Shown here: positions 9,601-18,267 of the stretch, piece after piece
Layout of the letters: the number at the start of each line of letters is the position of its first letter
Position numbering within the stretch: position 1 is the first letter of the stretch
DNA from: a virus
Lineage: Duplodnaviria > Caudoviricetes
Length of the DNA stretch: 25,458 nt
Virus record (IMG/VR): IMGVR_UViG_3300037991_002334
Coordinates: 1-25,458 of that record
Direction: 5' to 3' (one strand)
Notes under the pieces: model-generated
The model's database searches: none
Seen by the model: only the letters and a program-made list of their open reading frames with translations
Told to the model about the DNA's origin: nothing
Program-made: the position numbers and the translations under genes

Positions 9601-11688
9601 ACATTTAGACAAGGTAGAGATAATGTAACTCAAACAGATAGAGTTATTGGTGATAGATCTGATCGTACATTAGTAAAAGATCATTTAATTGATAAAGTGT
9701 TTATTCCGTATATGCGTTCACGCAAAGTATATTTCCGAGCATTTGGTCTAAAACCATCAACACAAGTATTTGCATTCTTCGATAATAAGAAGGTTGAAGA
9801 TTGGGTGAGATCAGAAACATTCCAGCGTGTATCAAATTCTGATTCAGATTATGGTAATGAACATGCACGCGCAACACAACACCCAGCCGGTAAGTCAACA
9901 TTGACTACAAACAATGAGGGATATGTAGCAGGATCTTTCTTTATACCATCTACATCAGCTACAAGATTTAGAACAGGTACAAGAGAATTTAAACTTCTAG
10001 ATATTTCTGTACCTAATGATGATAATGCAACATCGATTGCAACAGCTGCATTTACTTCGACAGGTATTCTTGAAACACGTCAACGCGAATATAATAATAC
10101 ACGTGTAGTAACTATCGGTGGTTCAGAGAATAGACGTCGACGTCGTAGAATCGACCCACTTGCACAATCGTTCATGGTAGATGATGACGAAGGAGTCTTT
10201 ATCACTAAAGTTGGTGTAAGGTTTGCATCTAAAGACGGTGTTGTTCCTGTTGCTTGTCAAATTAGACCAACAGTAAATGGCGTTCCATCTTCTGACGACA
10301 TTGTGCCAAATGGTACAAAGGTTCTTTCGCCTGGTAGCGTAACAACAAGTACGAATGCAACAGCTATAACAAACTTCGAATTTGAAGAACCTGTATATCT
10401 AAACGGTAATACAGAATATGCAATTGTTTTACTTGCCGATACTACAGCTTATACAGTATATGTTGCAAAAGCTGGTGACTTAGTATTAGGATCTACAGAG
10501 GCACGTGTATCAAAACAACCTAGCCTTGGATCTCTATTCCTATCACAAAACTCACGTACTTGGACACCTGATCAAGAAAGAGATCTTACATTTACAATTC
10601 AACGTGCTAGCTTCGTAACAGCAGATGCTTTCATGGTTGCTGAAAATAGAGAATTACCTAAGTTTATTCTTGATACCGATGGTTTACTTTCAACAAATGC
10701 TGACTCTGATATTCAGGTAGATGCTCTTGGACATGGTTTGAGAGTAGGCGATAAAGTTACTATTAGCGGAGCAACGGCAATAGCTGGTATAGCGGCAAGC
10801 GATATTAACGGAGATAGATCTGTCATATCCGCAGATGGATATGGATTTACATTTAGAGCTGATAGTGCAGCAAATACTGCAACATTTGGTGGAGGACAAA
10901 ACGTTTCAATTATACCAAACTATCAATTTGATGCGGTATATCCGATTGTAGAAGAACTTGTACCACCAAAAACAATTGTAACACACCAAGCTAAATTTAT
11001 GTCCGGTAACTCATGGGCTGGGGCAGAAACAACTTATGGTAAAGATACATCATATACACCGGTTACAAATAATAAATTAACTGGTTTCGAAATACCTAAA
11101 ATGGTAGCTAACCGTGTAAATGAAGTTGCTAACTTAACATCTGGTACAAGATCACTTACATATAGAGTTAAAATGACAAACCAAAATGATCTTGTATCAC
11201 CTATTATAGATACACAGCGTATGTCAATGGTTCTTACAAATAATATGGTTGATAAACAAGCCGCCGCTGCTGCATCTGGATTTAATGTGCCTCTTAATTA
11301 TCAGGCTGAAACAAATCCTCAAAGTGGTAGTTGGTTATCTAAACATATTACTGTTCCGGTAACTCTAGAAAATACAGCGGTTGGATTAAAAATTCTATTA
11401 GCTGCAAACAGACCTTCTGTTTCTGATTTTCATGTATATTACAGAACAGATACATCAGTTACAACTGGTAATATATTAGACGCAAATTGGGTTTTAATTG
11501 CTCCTGAAAATTCAATACCATCTGATGATGATCCACAAAGATTTAGAGAGTATACGTATTTACCTGGTGGTGCAGGTGGATCGTTAGATGCATTCTCTGC
11601 ATTTCAATTAAAAATTGTATTCGAATCTACTAATTCTACTAAGGTACCTATTATTAGAGATCTAAGAGCGATTGCATTGGCCACATGA
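6664..11688 (+). CDS. Large virion structural protein, DUF4815/VrlC-like
   Basis: 'YKDD..YHRILFNSGRALQARELTQMQT', 'PGADRYRI', 'RTTEESGNY', 'RYTMADIGKLESRIDNLE', 'KSGFFVDNF', 'DPLAQSF' and C-terminal 'DLRAIALA'; follows gp8 as in marine T4-like phages. Confidence 0.8.
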   Translation: MPNTFNKNTFATTYKDDWVDSANYHRILFNSGRALQARELTQMQTITQAEIGRLGKHLFNQGAAVNPGSVVVNNAYEFVKLQDATLPSGTWVGTYLTSGTNSIGMQVLEAIAGSGSDPVTLFVRYTGTSGGTAGTIPVRVSAGETLTGGPATVTVQSTDTIANPATGQGTKVSIASGDFFAIDRFVFAKEQSFILSKYTNNPDATIGFKVLEDIITTSDTNALFDNQGASPNTSSPGADRYRIRLEIADEADLNSDDNFVYVAKIRAGKIATQVTGVEDYNKVNDILALRTTEESGNYIAQKFDLTFETDDSDATKLNFNISRGVAYVDGYRSIVDVPKSLPVAKPRTTIASNNNVVSVDYGNYVKVYGNNNRSIPDFGVFETVNLRTNTGHGGSTIGTARVRAIVEDGSNYKLYLFDVKMNAGVNKQTTRSIGTSSSNYFNAIIENSQVRFYDTNDDTLLFPLPAGRPQSVTDISLTVQRIQKNLTLDGSGNGSLTNLTTPGETFADQDLWAASSAAASAYAPTIVSGGNASTSAQIGGGPASTNVNVAFYVNKANGSVRNKVLTETTETVTPDGSTGNVQLQNVDIYEIIRMTNVDSDGSSVLNRYTLDNGQRDTMYDRGKMVKKTGQSTPGNDVFVRYKYFAHGAAGDFFAVNSYTGQVDYNDIPTYTTTAGTNFELRNVIDFRSSVNTSGTFSGGNARINELPRDADTVQFDVSYYQGKNARVIIDRFNNVSVLESEPDLVPQFPPVPANSMELYRVEMNPYTIHDSDLSKERVPAKRYTMADIGKLESRIDNLEEVTALNMLELETDTLAVLDASNNSRLKSGFFVDNFADQSRSFTEDPAYQAGIDLVEKHVRPWQAQNSIFLKYDSDKSTNTVLKGDTVYKKYSHTTYISQTLATETENINPFAVVINEGLLELSPTSDSWVERKYLADKDNPQQTRVVPSTTQRPFLFNDFIFNWTGQQVNLRMGQQVGTRTFRQGRDNVTQTDRVIGDRSDRTLVKDHLIDKVFIPYMRSRKVYFRAFGLKPSTQVFAFFDNKKVEDWVRSETFQRVSNSDSDYGNEHARATQHPAGKSTLTTNNEGYVAGSFFIPSTSATRFRTGTREFKLLDISVPNDDNATSIATAAFTSTGILETRQREYNNTRVVTIGGSENRRRRRRIDPLAQSFMVDDDEGVFITKVGVRFASKDGVVPVACQIRPTVNGVPSSDDIVPNGTKVLSPGSVTTSTNATAITNFEFEEPVYLNGNTEYAIVLLADTTAYTVYVAKAGDLVLGSTEARVSKQPSLGSLFLSQNSRTWTPDQERDLTFTIQRASFVTADAFMVAENRELPKFILDTDGLLSTNADSDIQVDALGHGLRVGDKVTISGATAIAGIAASDINGDRSVISADGYGFTFRADSAANTATFGGGQNVSIIPNYQFDAVYPIVEELVPPKTIVTHQAKFMSGNSWAGAETTYGKDTSYTPVTNNKLTGFEIPKMVANRVNEVANLTSGTRSLTYRVKMTNQNDLVSPIIDTQRMSMVLTNNMVDKQAAAAASGFNVPLNYQAETNPQSGSWLSKHITVPVTLENTAVGLKILLAANRPSVSDFHVYYRTDTSVTTGNILDANWVLIAPENSIPSDDDPQRFREYTYLPGGAGGSLDAFSAFQLKIVFESTNSTKVPIIRDLRAIALAT

Positions 11689-11903
11689 TACCAGTTGAAG
11701 GAAAACCTGGTTGGGCTAGAGATCCAAAATCAGGCGCAGTTTTGAATATAAATAGCTCTGAGATAGAAGCGGCTAGAGCCCGTAAGATTGCTATGAAAAA
11801 AGAAAAGAAAAGACAGAGGCAAGTATACGAAGACGTTGAGTCACTAAAACAAGATATGGCAGACATAAAGTCATTGCTACAAACAATTACAGAGAAGTTA
11901 TGA
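11685..11903 (+). CDS. Small conserved phage protein with C-terminal coiled coil
   Basis: 'VEG.PG..RDPKSGAVLN' followed by a heptad-rich tail; ATGA overlap with the upstream gene. Confidence 0.7.
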   Translation: MIPVEGKPGWARDPKSGAVLNINSSEIEAARARKIAMKKEKKRQRQVYEDVESLKQDMADIKSLLQTITEKL

Positions 11904-11904
11904 T

Positions 11905-12396
11905 ATGGCAATTATAAAAGTAGTATTAACGGATACCGTTAACGGATTTAGATTAAAAACAAACGCTATTGCTGAAGGACTTGGCGATACTGCTTTGTTA
12001 GATACTTCCGGACCAGATAGTAGTGCTGTATCATCTATTAATTCATTAGATAGCGATATGGGTCGTCAACAAAATCTGTTCTATAAAGATTCTGCCGGTA
12101 CATTTCTTACACTTGTTGATGCTATCAACAGAATCATAGATAGCGATGGTGACATTGATTCAGACAGGATTCCACCTACAGCCATAGATTCTGATTCTAT
12201 TACACATGATATGTTAAAATCAGATATTATTGATTCTGACAATCTTATGGATTCTGTTGTTATGGGATCTAATTTTGATGCGATGACTGTATTTAAAGTT
12301 TTTAATTCTACTGGCACTGTATTGAGAAAATTATATGCACCAGCTAGATTCGATAAAGATAGCGCCGATGCATTTAAATCTAATCCATGGGTATAA
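11905..12396 (+). CDS. Short fibre-like virion protein, Asp-Ser rich
   Basis: N-terminal 'V.LTDT..GFRLKTN' fibre-attachment-like motif; roughly 10-aa spaced IDSD repeats; structural module context. Confidence 0.55.
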   Translation: MAIIKVVLTDTVNGFRLKTNAIAEGLGDTALLDTSGPDSSAVSSINSLDSDMGRQQNLFYKDSAGTFLTLVDAINRIIDSDGDIDSDRIPPTAIDSDSITHDMLKSDIIDSDNLMDSVVMGSNFDAMTVFKVFNSTGTVLRKLYAPARFDKDSADAFKSNPWV

Positions 12397-12399
12397 ATT

Positions 12400-13338
12400 A
12401 TGGCAGTAAGACGACCATTAATTCTAGACGGTAATTATGACCTGATAGAAATGACTGACGCTCAAATTGAAGATGTTCAAGATCGAGTGAGATATTTGTA
12501 TGGTGGAAATCCATCTGTTACGCTTTCAGTTACAAGTAGTGGCGGATCATTAGGAACTATTTCTGATACGCGAAAAAAATCTGGTACAGCTAAAACAGAT
12601 GCAAGTGATTATCCAGCTGAAAATGTAACGGGTGAACCACAAACTGTAACTACAAACTATAGTAGAATTGATCAAGCTGCCGCTAATACAAGTGATACAA
12701 CTGATACTAATAATGTAAGATTTCCGATTTATCAATCGGGTGGTAACATATATGCCATGACATTAGAAGATTTGAGAGATACATTTATTTTTGATGCCAT
12801 TGATACTTTAACTGCTTCTGTAGGTCAACCTGGAATTTATCGAATACATACAAGCACATCGTTATCAGGATATACAAATGTTAGTTCAACCGCTGTATTC
12901 TCGGATACACGTGCTGACACGAGTTCTTACAGTGCTTCAAACATTGGTACAGCAAATACTACACAGGACCATCCAACTACAATAACAAACTATTATTTAA
13001 TGAGAGCTAACCAACAAAGTACTGCACCAACACATGGTACAATGTTGTTTATTAGAAATAGCGATAATAATTTACAACAATATACGCAAGCTAGTATAGA
13101 TAGTATATTAGAAAATGAAGTTAGAAATTGTGCATCAGAAGAAGCTGGAACAAGAATAAGATATAATTTTAATGGTTCAGGTACGAATTTAGGTAGTGGT
13201 ATGGCTAACACTATTTTAAATGGTAGTGGTAATAGACAAACACGATTTGTAAATGCTAACGATTATCGTGCACAAGAATTTCCAAATGGTTCGGCCACAA
13301 CAGCAGCAACACACTATTTAAGGGTAACCCAAACATGA
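12400..13338 (+). CDS. Thr/Ser/Asn-rich putative virion protein with three internal repeats
   Basis: 312-aa ORF packed between neighbours; composition typical of a structural protein; internal triplication visible. Confidence 0.6.
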   Translation: MAVRRPLILDGNYDLIEMTDAQIEDVQDRVRYLYGGNPSVTLSVTSSGGSLGTISDTRKKSGTAKTDASDYPAENVTGEPQTVTTNYSRIDQAAANTSDTTDTNNVRFPIYQSGGNIYAMTLEDLRDTFIFDAIDTLTASVGQPGIYRIHTSTSLSGYTNVSSTAVFSDTRADTSSYSASNIGTANTTQDHPTTITNYYLMRANQQSTAPTHGTMLFIRNSDNNLQQYTQASIDSILENEVRNCASEEAGTRIRYNFNGSGTNLGSGMANTILNGSGNRQTRFVNANDYRAQEFPNGSATTAATHYLRVTQT

Positions 13339-13859
13339 GTATTATAGACGATCACAAAGTGCATACTGCACGGTTTACAAATGACGAAAAAAAGGACGTC
13401 CTTATTGAGTTAGTCGATACTGAGGCTAATGCTAAAACTGATGACAATGATTTACAATTATTTGAGTATACTATTGAAGCTAAAGAAGGCGATCCAGAAT
13501 TTGAAGCTCTTTTAAGACAAGTTACTATAGATGATATACATGAAGAAACAGTTAATTGGATTAGACGAGAACGTGATAGATTTGAAGCTACTGTTTTACA
13601 AATTGCCTATGAGCAAAACCTCATTCAAACAATAGAACCAATCACTAGTAATATTTGGGAAAGCATGACTGAATTAGTTTTTGCTGAATTTGATGAATCA
13701 AAACATAAAGAACAACTATTCATGTTTAAACTCAAGTTGTTTGAAGTTCCTGATATTAAAAATAGTAAAAATCGTGAGCTAAAAGCTAAACTTAGAAAGT
13801 CAAAAGATTTTATTGATGCTCTAAAATATATGACTCTTATTGTCAGGCCTGAGGATTAA
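13335..13859 (+). CDS. Hypothetical acidic phage protein
   Basis: 174-aa ORF with ATGA overlap to the upstream gene; last gene of the + strand run. Confidence 0.65.
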   Translation: MSIIDDHKVHTARFTNDEKKDVLIELVDTEANAKTDDNDLQLFEYTIEAKEGDPEFEALLRQVTIDDIHEETVNWIRRERDRFEATVLQIAYEQNLIQTIEPITSNIWESMTELVFAEFDESKHKEQLFMFKLKLFEVPDIKNSKNRELKAKLRKSKDFIDALKYMTLIVRPED

Positions 13860-14622
13860 AATACATTTCAAATCTTTTATGTACGAAATGTAAGAAGTAA
13901 CACGCATCGCTTACAGTGGGAATTGTATTATCAACGATAAAATTCCATTGTGGTCCGATGTTAGTAAATGGCAAATTAAACCTATCGATCATATATGACA
14001 AAGCTACTTCATTATTAAATGTCCAGCTAGCACACATTTCAGGTGGATAGAGATTATCTGCTAATGATTCTTCAAATGTTTCTTTAGCTTCTATAAGTCT
14101 ATTTGTAAGGTCAAGTTCTTTGACCATTTTCTTGTTCATTCCTACAACGCCTGTATTCAAGCACATACTTTCTCCACCAGTATCATGTAGAAGCAACATA
14201 GCCTTTTTATTTTGAGCCTTAGAATACATATCCATTCCATGCCAATTAGCATCAGAATTTCTCCATGCAATAGTCTGCCTATCTAATTCACACACGACAT
14301 TAAAAGCACAAATTGTATTTAAATCATGTTTATCAAAAAAGTTTTCGTTTCTTAGTGGAATTACATCATAGTCGAGATATAAAATTTCATCATAATCTTT
14401 TGCTAGTTCTTCGAACATAGTAAGTTTTTGAAACTGTACATCATCATATGCAGTAGAGTCAGGAGTAAATAGTTTATATTCAGCACCAATATGATTAGCA
14501 TATGTAGATTTAACTTCACTCAATTGATCAGCATATTTTATAAATGCTTCTCTTTTCTCAGGTCCTACAGATGTATGTTCATCTAGGTCATCCCTATATA
14601 AACTAAAGATTATTCTTTTCAC
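13843..14622 (-). CDS. Glycosyltransferase, GT-A fold (GT8/GT34-like)
   Basis: 'YDEILYLDYDVI' DxD motif, 'LNTGVV', 'NNEVAL', 'WN' and 'FLHF'. Confidence 0.78.
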   Translation of the reverse strand: MKRIIFSLYRDDLDEHTSVGPEKREAFIKYADQLSEVKSTYANHIGAEYKLFTPDSTAYDDVQFQKLTMFEELAKDYDEILYLDYDVIPLRNENFFDKHDLNTICAFNVVCELDRQTIAWRNSDANWHGMDMYSKAQNKKAMLLLHDTGGESMCLNTGVVGMNKKMVKELDLTNRLIEAKETFEESLADNLYPPEMCASWTFNNEVALSYMIDRFNLPFTNIGPQWNFIVDNTIPTVSDACYFLHFVHKRFEMYFNPQA

Positions 14623-15442
14623 AGTAATTCCTCACGTACTCGAAGTCTTTAGATACACAATGTACAAACTTTGCAGACTTTGATATATATGACCAATTGT
14701 CCATAAAGTAATGCCAATCATCTAAAGGTTGATATTGTACTTTATTTATATGTGTCTTATAACCCCATACTGTTTCATTATCATATCCAAACATTTTACG
14801 TATTGAATCGGGATAAAATTCATCGGTAGTCATATCACGCATAATATCTAATGTCTCTTGAAAATTTTCAAAGTATGCTAGCTTACGCAAATCATCAGAC
14901 CTAGCGCATACAATACCAGTATTAAATACTTCTGGTTCTTTAAGATAGATTCCATAATCAGATAACATGCATCGCGTATTCCATAGCTTAGCCATGGGCG
15001 AACGTACATGATGATTATATTTTAAAGTATCCTGTAACTTTATGTCAGTCTGATTTGCGTGTGTACCAGTTAGTATGGCAACACCTTTATCTAAATCTAT
15101 TTCATTAAAGATATTCTCTTTTGTAACTGGTATGACATCCATGTCAAGATATAAAATTTCATCGTAATCATCTATAAGACTATACATTAGTTGTATCTTC
15201 CAGAAGTTTACTATATTATAGAAACTAACTTCAGGATAATTCTCTTCAAACCATAATCTATAATATAAAAACTTTTTAGTTTCAAAAAAATGTTTATATT
15301 CTACTCCAATTGAGTTTGCATACTCTACATGTTTATCACGTAGCCAATTGTAATTTTCTTTAAATAAATCTACTGATTCAGGATGAGATACAACCTTGTC
15401 TTTTGGTATATCAATGTAAAAGCTGTATATAACTCTACGCAT
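14603..15442 (-). CDS. Glycosyltransferase, GT-A fold (GT8/GT34-like), paralog of the downstream gene
   Basis: 'YDEILYLDMDVI', 'FNTGIV', 'DNET' and 'FVHC'. The track starts at TTG 15448; ATG 15442 (MRRVIYS) aligns with the paralog's MKRIIFS. Confidence 0.78.
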   Translation of the reverse strand: MRRVIYSFYIDIPKDKVVSHPESVDLFKENYNWLRDKHVEYANSIGVEYKHFFETKKFLYYRLWFEENYPEVSFYNIVNFWKIQLMYSLIDDYDEILYLDMDVIPVTKENIFNEIDLDKGVAILTGTHANQTDIKLQDTLKYNHHVRSPMAKLWNTRCMLSDYGIYLKEPEVFNTGIVCARSDDLRKLAYFENFQETLDIMRDMTTDEFYPDSIRKMFGYDNETVWGYKTHINKVQYQPLDDWHYFMDNWSYISKSAKFVHCVSKDFEYVRNYCEKNNL

Positions 15443-16802
15443 AACCAATCACCATAAATCTCTTATAACCGTTTGGCATATCTAATGAGCCTTTATATAA
15501 TACTCTTTTAAATTCACACATTCTAGCAAGTTCATCTTCATCATTTACGCAATTTATGTGATCAGGAACATGGAACATATTATTGCTCTGAATTGCAAAT
15601 ACAGTAGGTTTTCTTTCACCATCATATTTTTTATAATTTTTATTAGCTATAATAACTGGTAGCGGAGGCATATGTTCAGATGACGTATTAATAACAACGT
15701 CTACATCACTGTCTCTTTTACCAGCTTCTAATACGTTTCCATGAATTGTATCTATGTTATCATTTAACAATCTACAAACGTGCAGTGCATTTTCATCTAG
15801 ATCTATATTTTCAATCCACTGTATATTTTTAAATGCTGACCGTAGAATCGTTGTAATAGGATGAGCAAACCATCCTCCATATAATTGTATTTTCTTAGGA
15901 TTATGAATACATTTAATTAGATTTTCTACTAACCATAATTTTGATTCATACTGATTAGGTGATAAACTATCTAAAAAATGATTTACATCACCTCCGCTAT
16001 ATGAACATTCCCACAAAGCATCCCATAGTTTTCTATCAATGCCGGTATGATTAACATCTTTCCATTGATTATTAGACTCCCATTCCCAATATTTTTCTAG
16101 ACCTTCATATCCATTATTATCTAGCCAATAATTTCCATCTGGTCCTGTCTCTCTTCTCCACCCATTAAATATACAAATAGGATAATCTGGTTCATAAAAA
16201 AGTTTTTCAGGTTGATTGTCATTAATTGGTTCAAAACAATTATTTTCGTCTACACCATATAAGCGTGAGTAAATTATTCCCCTATCAAAATTCTTTACAT
16301 AGTCTGGACATTCGTAAGTTATAAAGCCATCAATCCCATTATACATGAACAGGTATTTCTCGGGATCTTTTGTAAATTTTCTCCATAGATAAGATAGATC
16401 ACCCTCCCATGCAAGCACGGAAGAATTATTATTCATATCTAAATGTCCAAGGGGATAACTTTTCCAATAAGCTTTAACCATAGTAAGCTTATCTTCTTCT
16501 ATAGAATCTATAATAATTGATGGATCGTTTTGTATTACAACATCTAAATCAAAAAATAAGTGTTTACCGCGTTTTGAATCACCAAATCTATTTTCATCAA
16601 ATAGTTGTAGTTTCCACCACCACTTTTCTAATTCTAAGTCTTCATCTAATTCTTTAATTTCTACTAGAGGCCAAATACCATCGGCATCATCTGTATGACA
16701 TATAAATCTAAAATCATCGAAATATTTTGCACACATAGTATAAAGTCTATTCACGTGTTCGTGATTAAACTTATCACCCCACTTTACGCATGATATAATC
16801 AT
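15435..16802 (-). CDS. Fusion protein: N-terminal GT-A glycosyltransferase plus C-terminal class I SAM methyltransferase-like domain
   Basis: N-half: 'CVKWGDKF..VNRLY', 'WWWKLQLF', 'FFDLDVVI', 'NSSVLAW'. C-half: 'SKLWL', 'LYGGWF' (motif I-like), 'NIDLDE' (motif II-like), 'VVINTSSEHM'. Confidence 0.72.
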   Translation of the reverse strand: MIISCVKWGDKFNHEHVNRLYTMCAKYFDDFRFICHTDDADGIWPLVEIKELDEDLELEKWWWKLQLFDENRFGDSKRGKHLFFDLDVVIQNDPSIIIDSIEEDKLTMVKAYWKSYPLGHLDMNNNSSVLAWEGDLSYLWRKFTKDPEKYLFMYNGIDGFITYECPDYVKNFDRGIIYSRLYGVDENNCFEPINDNQPEKLFYEPDYPICIFNGWRRETGPDGNYWLDNNGYEGLEKYWEWESNNQWKDVNHTGIDRKLWDALWECSYSGGDVNHFLDSLSPNQYESKLWLVENLIKCIHNPKKIQLYGGWFAHPITTILRSAFKNIQWIENIDLDENALHVCRLLNDNIDTIHGNVLEAGKRDSDVDVVINTSSEHMPPLPVIIANKNYKKYDGERKPTVFAIQSNNMFHVPDHINCVNDEDELARMCEFKRVLYKGSLDMPNGYKRFMVIGYA

Positions 16803-18267
16803 TTATAACCAACAAGTCCATTTGTGTATTATTAAAGGTATTTATTGCTTCTTCAGGAGTTTCAACTATAGGCTCTTGACAATTAAAACTAGTATTTAGA
16901 ATCATTGGAACTCCAGTAATTTTATAAAATTCATTTATTAAATCATAATATTTTTTATTTTGTTTTTTATTGACAGTTTGAATTCGAGCAGTTCCATCTA
17001 TATGCGTTATACCTGGAACTTTATTACCTTTAACTCTCATGATTCTTGACATGTATGGGCTTGGTTCTGGAGTATCAAACCAATCTTGATAATAGTCTTC
17101 TAATACTGATGGAGCGAATGGCCTAAAGTCTTCTCTATCTTTTATTGTTCGGTTAATAATATCTTTTATTTCAGGATTACGAGGATCAGCAAGTATACTT
17201 CTATTGCCTAATGCTCTGTGTCCACTTTCTGATTTACCTTGAAACCAACCGACAATTTTACCATTAGCTATCTCTTGAGCGACCTCTCTAATATCTACTT
17301 TTTCTTCGCCTTTATAATTATACTGTTTACCAGCATATACTGATGGTTTATGAATATTTTTATTTAGTATATAATCAGCATGCATGTAAGTACCAATTGA
17401 TTGTCCTTCGTCTCCAGGTGCTGGAGGAACGTGTACTCTATCCCAATTCTCATAAAACATTTCATTCATATAGCCATTATAACCTACACCACCGGCAACA
17501 CAAATTCTATCAGAAGTTTTTAGATCATATACTGCATCTCTAATTCTTTCTTCCGTTGCTAATTGTAAAGTATATGCAATATTTTCTGGTCTTTTCTGTC
17601 TTATCTGAGAAGTCAATTCTGACCAAGGTTTCATTTTACCTGTCTTCCAATAGTCATCTAAAATCATATGTAAATCCATATGGTGAATTTTACCATAACC
17701 AGCAAGTCCCATAACTTTACTTGCACCTAAACTGCCAAATCCCATTTCCTTTGAGAACCAATCCCAAACTTCACCAATATCTAATTTTAGATTATATGGT
17801 TTACCATGTTTATCAAAAAATACAGTATTATATTTGTACCCTCTCCCATCTATTGCAAGAATATCTGTTTCTTTAAATTCTGACGTAAGATAAGCATAAG
17901 CAGCATGTGATTGATGATGGTCTATATAATAAATATTTCCATCACGTTTATAATCCCATAAATGTTCTGGTTCCCAGTCCATAAAGCTTTCTAAAGCTTT
18001 TAGTTTAGGCATTTGATTTACACCACCGATAGTGGTTGTAAATGCATATATCTCATGTTTCTCTGGTTGCCAATACTCTTCATAAAAATCTTGGCCAGCA
18101 CTGTTATCTTCTTTATTCATTTTATCAGCAGTGCTATGATGAGGATAAGCATCATAATGCCATGGGATATTATGTTTACGTCGTGTATATCTTTCTCTTT
18201 GATTATGCCATACACCGTCATAAGTATTGTGATCATGTGGACCGAAGGCTGCGCTAAAGATTTTCAT
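16774..18267 (-). CDS. O-carbamoyltransferase (NodU/CmcH/TobZ family)
   Basis: 'DHHQSHAAYAY', 'IDGRG', 'KVMGLAGYG', 'AGGVGYN', 'GDEGQSIG', 'RALGNRSILADP', 'RPFAPS', 'HIDGTARIQTV' and 'LNTSFN'. Confidence 0.95.
   Translation of the reverse strand: MKIFSAAFGPHDHNTYDGVWHNQRERYTRRKHNIPWHYDAYPHHSTADKMNKEDNSAGQDFYEEYWQPEKHEIYAFTTTIGGVNQMPKLKALESFMDWEPEHLWDYKRDGNIYYIDHHQSHAAYAYLTSEFKETDILAIDGRGYKYNTVFFDKHGKPYNLKLDIGEVWDWFSKEMGFGSLGASKVMGLAGYGKIHHMDLHMILDDYWKTGKMKPWSELTSQIRQKRPENIAYTLQLATEERIRDAVYDLKTSDRICVAGGVGYNGYMNEMFYENWDRVHVPPAPGDEGQSIGTYMHADYILNKNIHKPSVYAGKQYNYKGEEKVDIREVAQEIANGKIVGWFQGKSESGHRALGNRSILADPRNPEIKDIINRTIKDREDFRPFAPSVLEDYYQDWFDTPEPSPYMSRIMRVKGNKVPGITHIDGTARIQTVNKKQNKKYYDLINEFYKITGVPMILNTSFNCQEPIVETPEEAINTFNNTQMDLLVINDYIMRKVG

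Noticed and set aside
11747-11754. Intragenic TATAAATA; also - strand copies at 14743-14750 and 21946-21953
   Set aside because: An all-A/T octamer is expected several times by chance in AT-rich DNA, and these lie inside CDSs far from starts. They may be internal promoters but are unsupported.
12392-12399. TATAAATT near-consensus late box
   Set aside because: One mismatch, and it directly abuts the ATG, leaving no room for a transcription start.
243-13211. Short antisense or alternate-frame ORFs over the structural genes (e.g. 806-1108, 5899-6357, 11654-11911, 12081-12317)
   Set aside because: They overlap well-supported genes over most or all of their length, show no motifs, and read as antisense shadows of the real codons.
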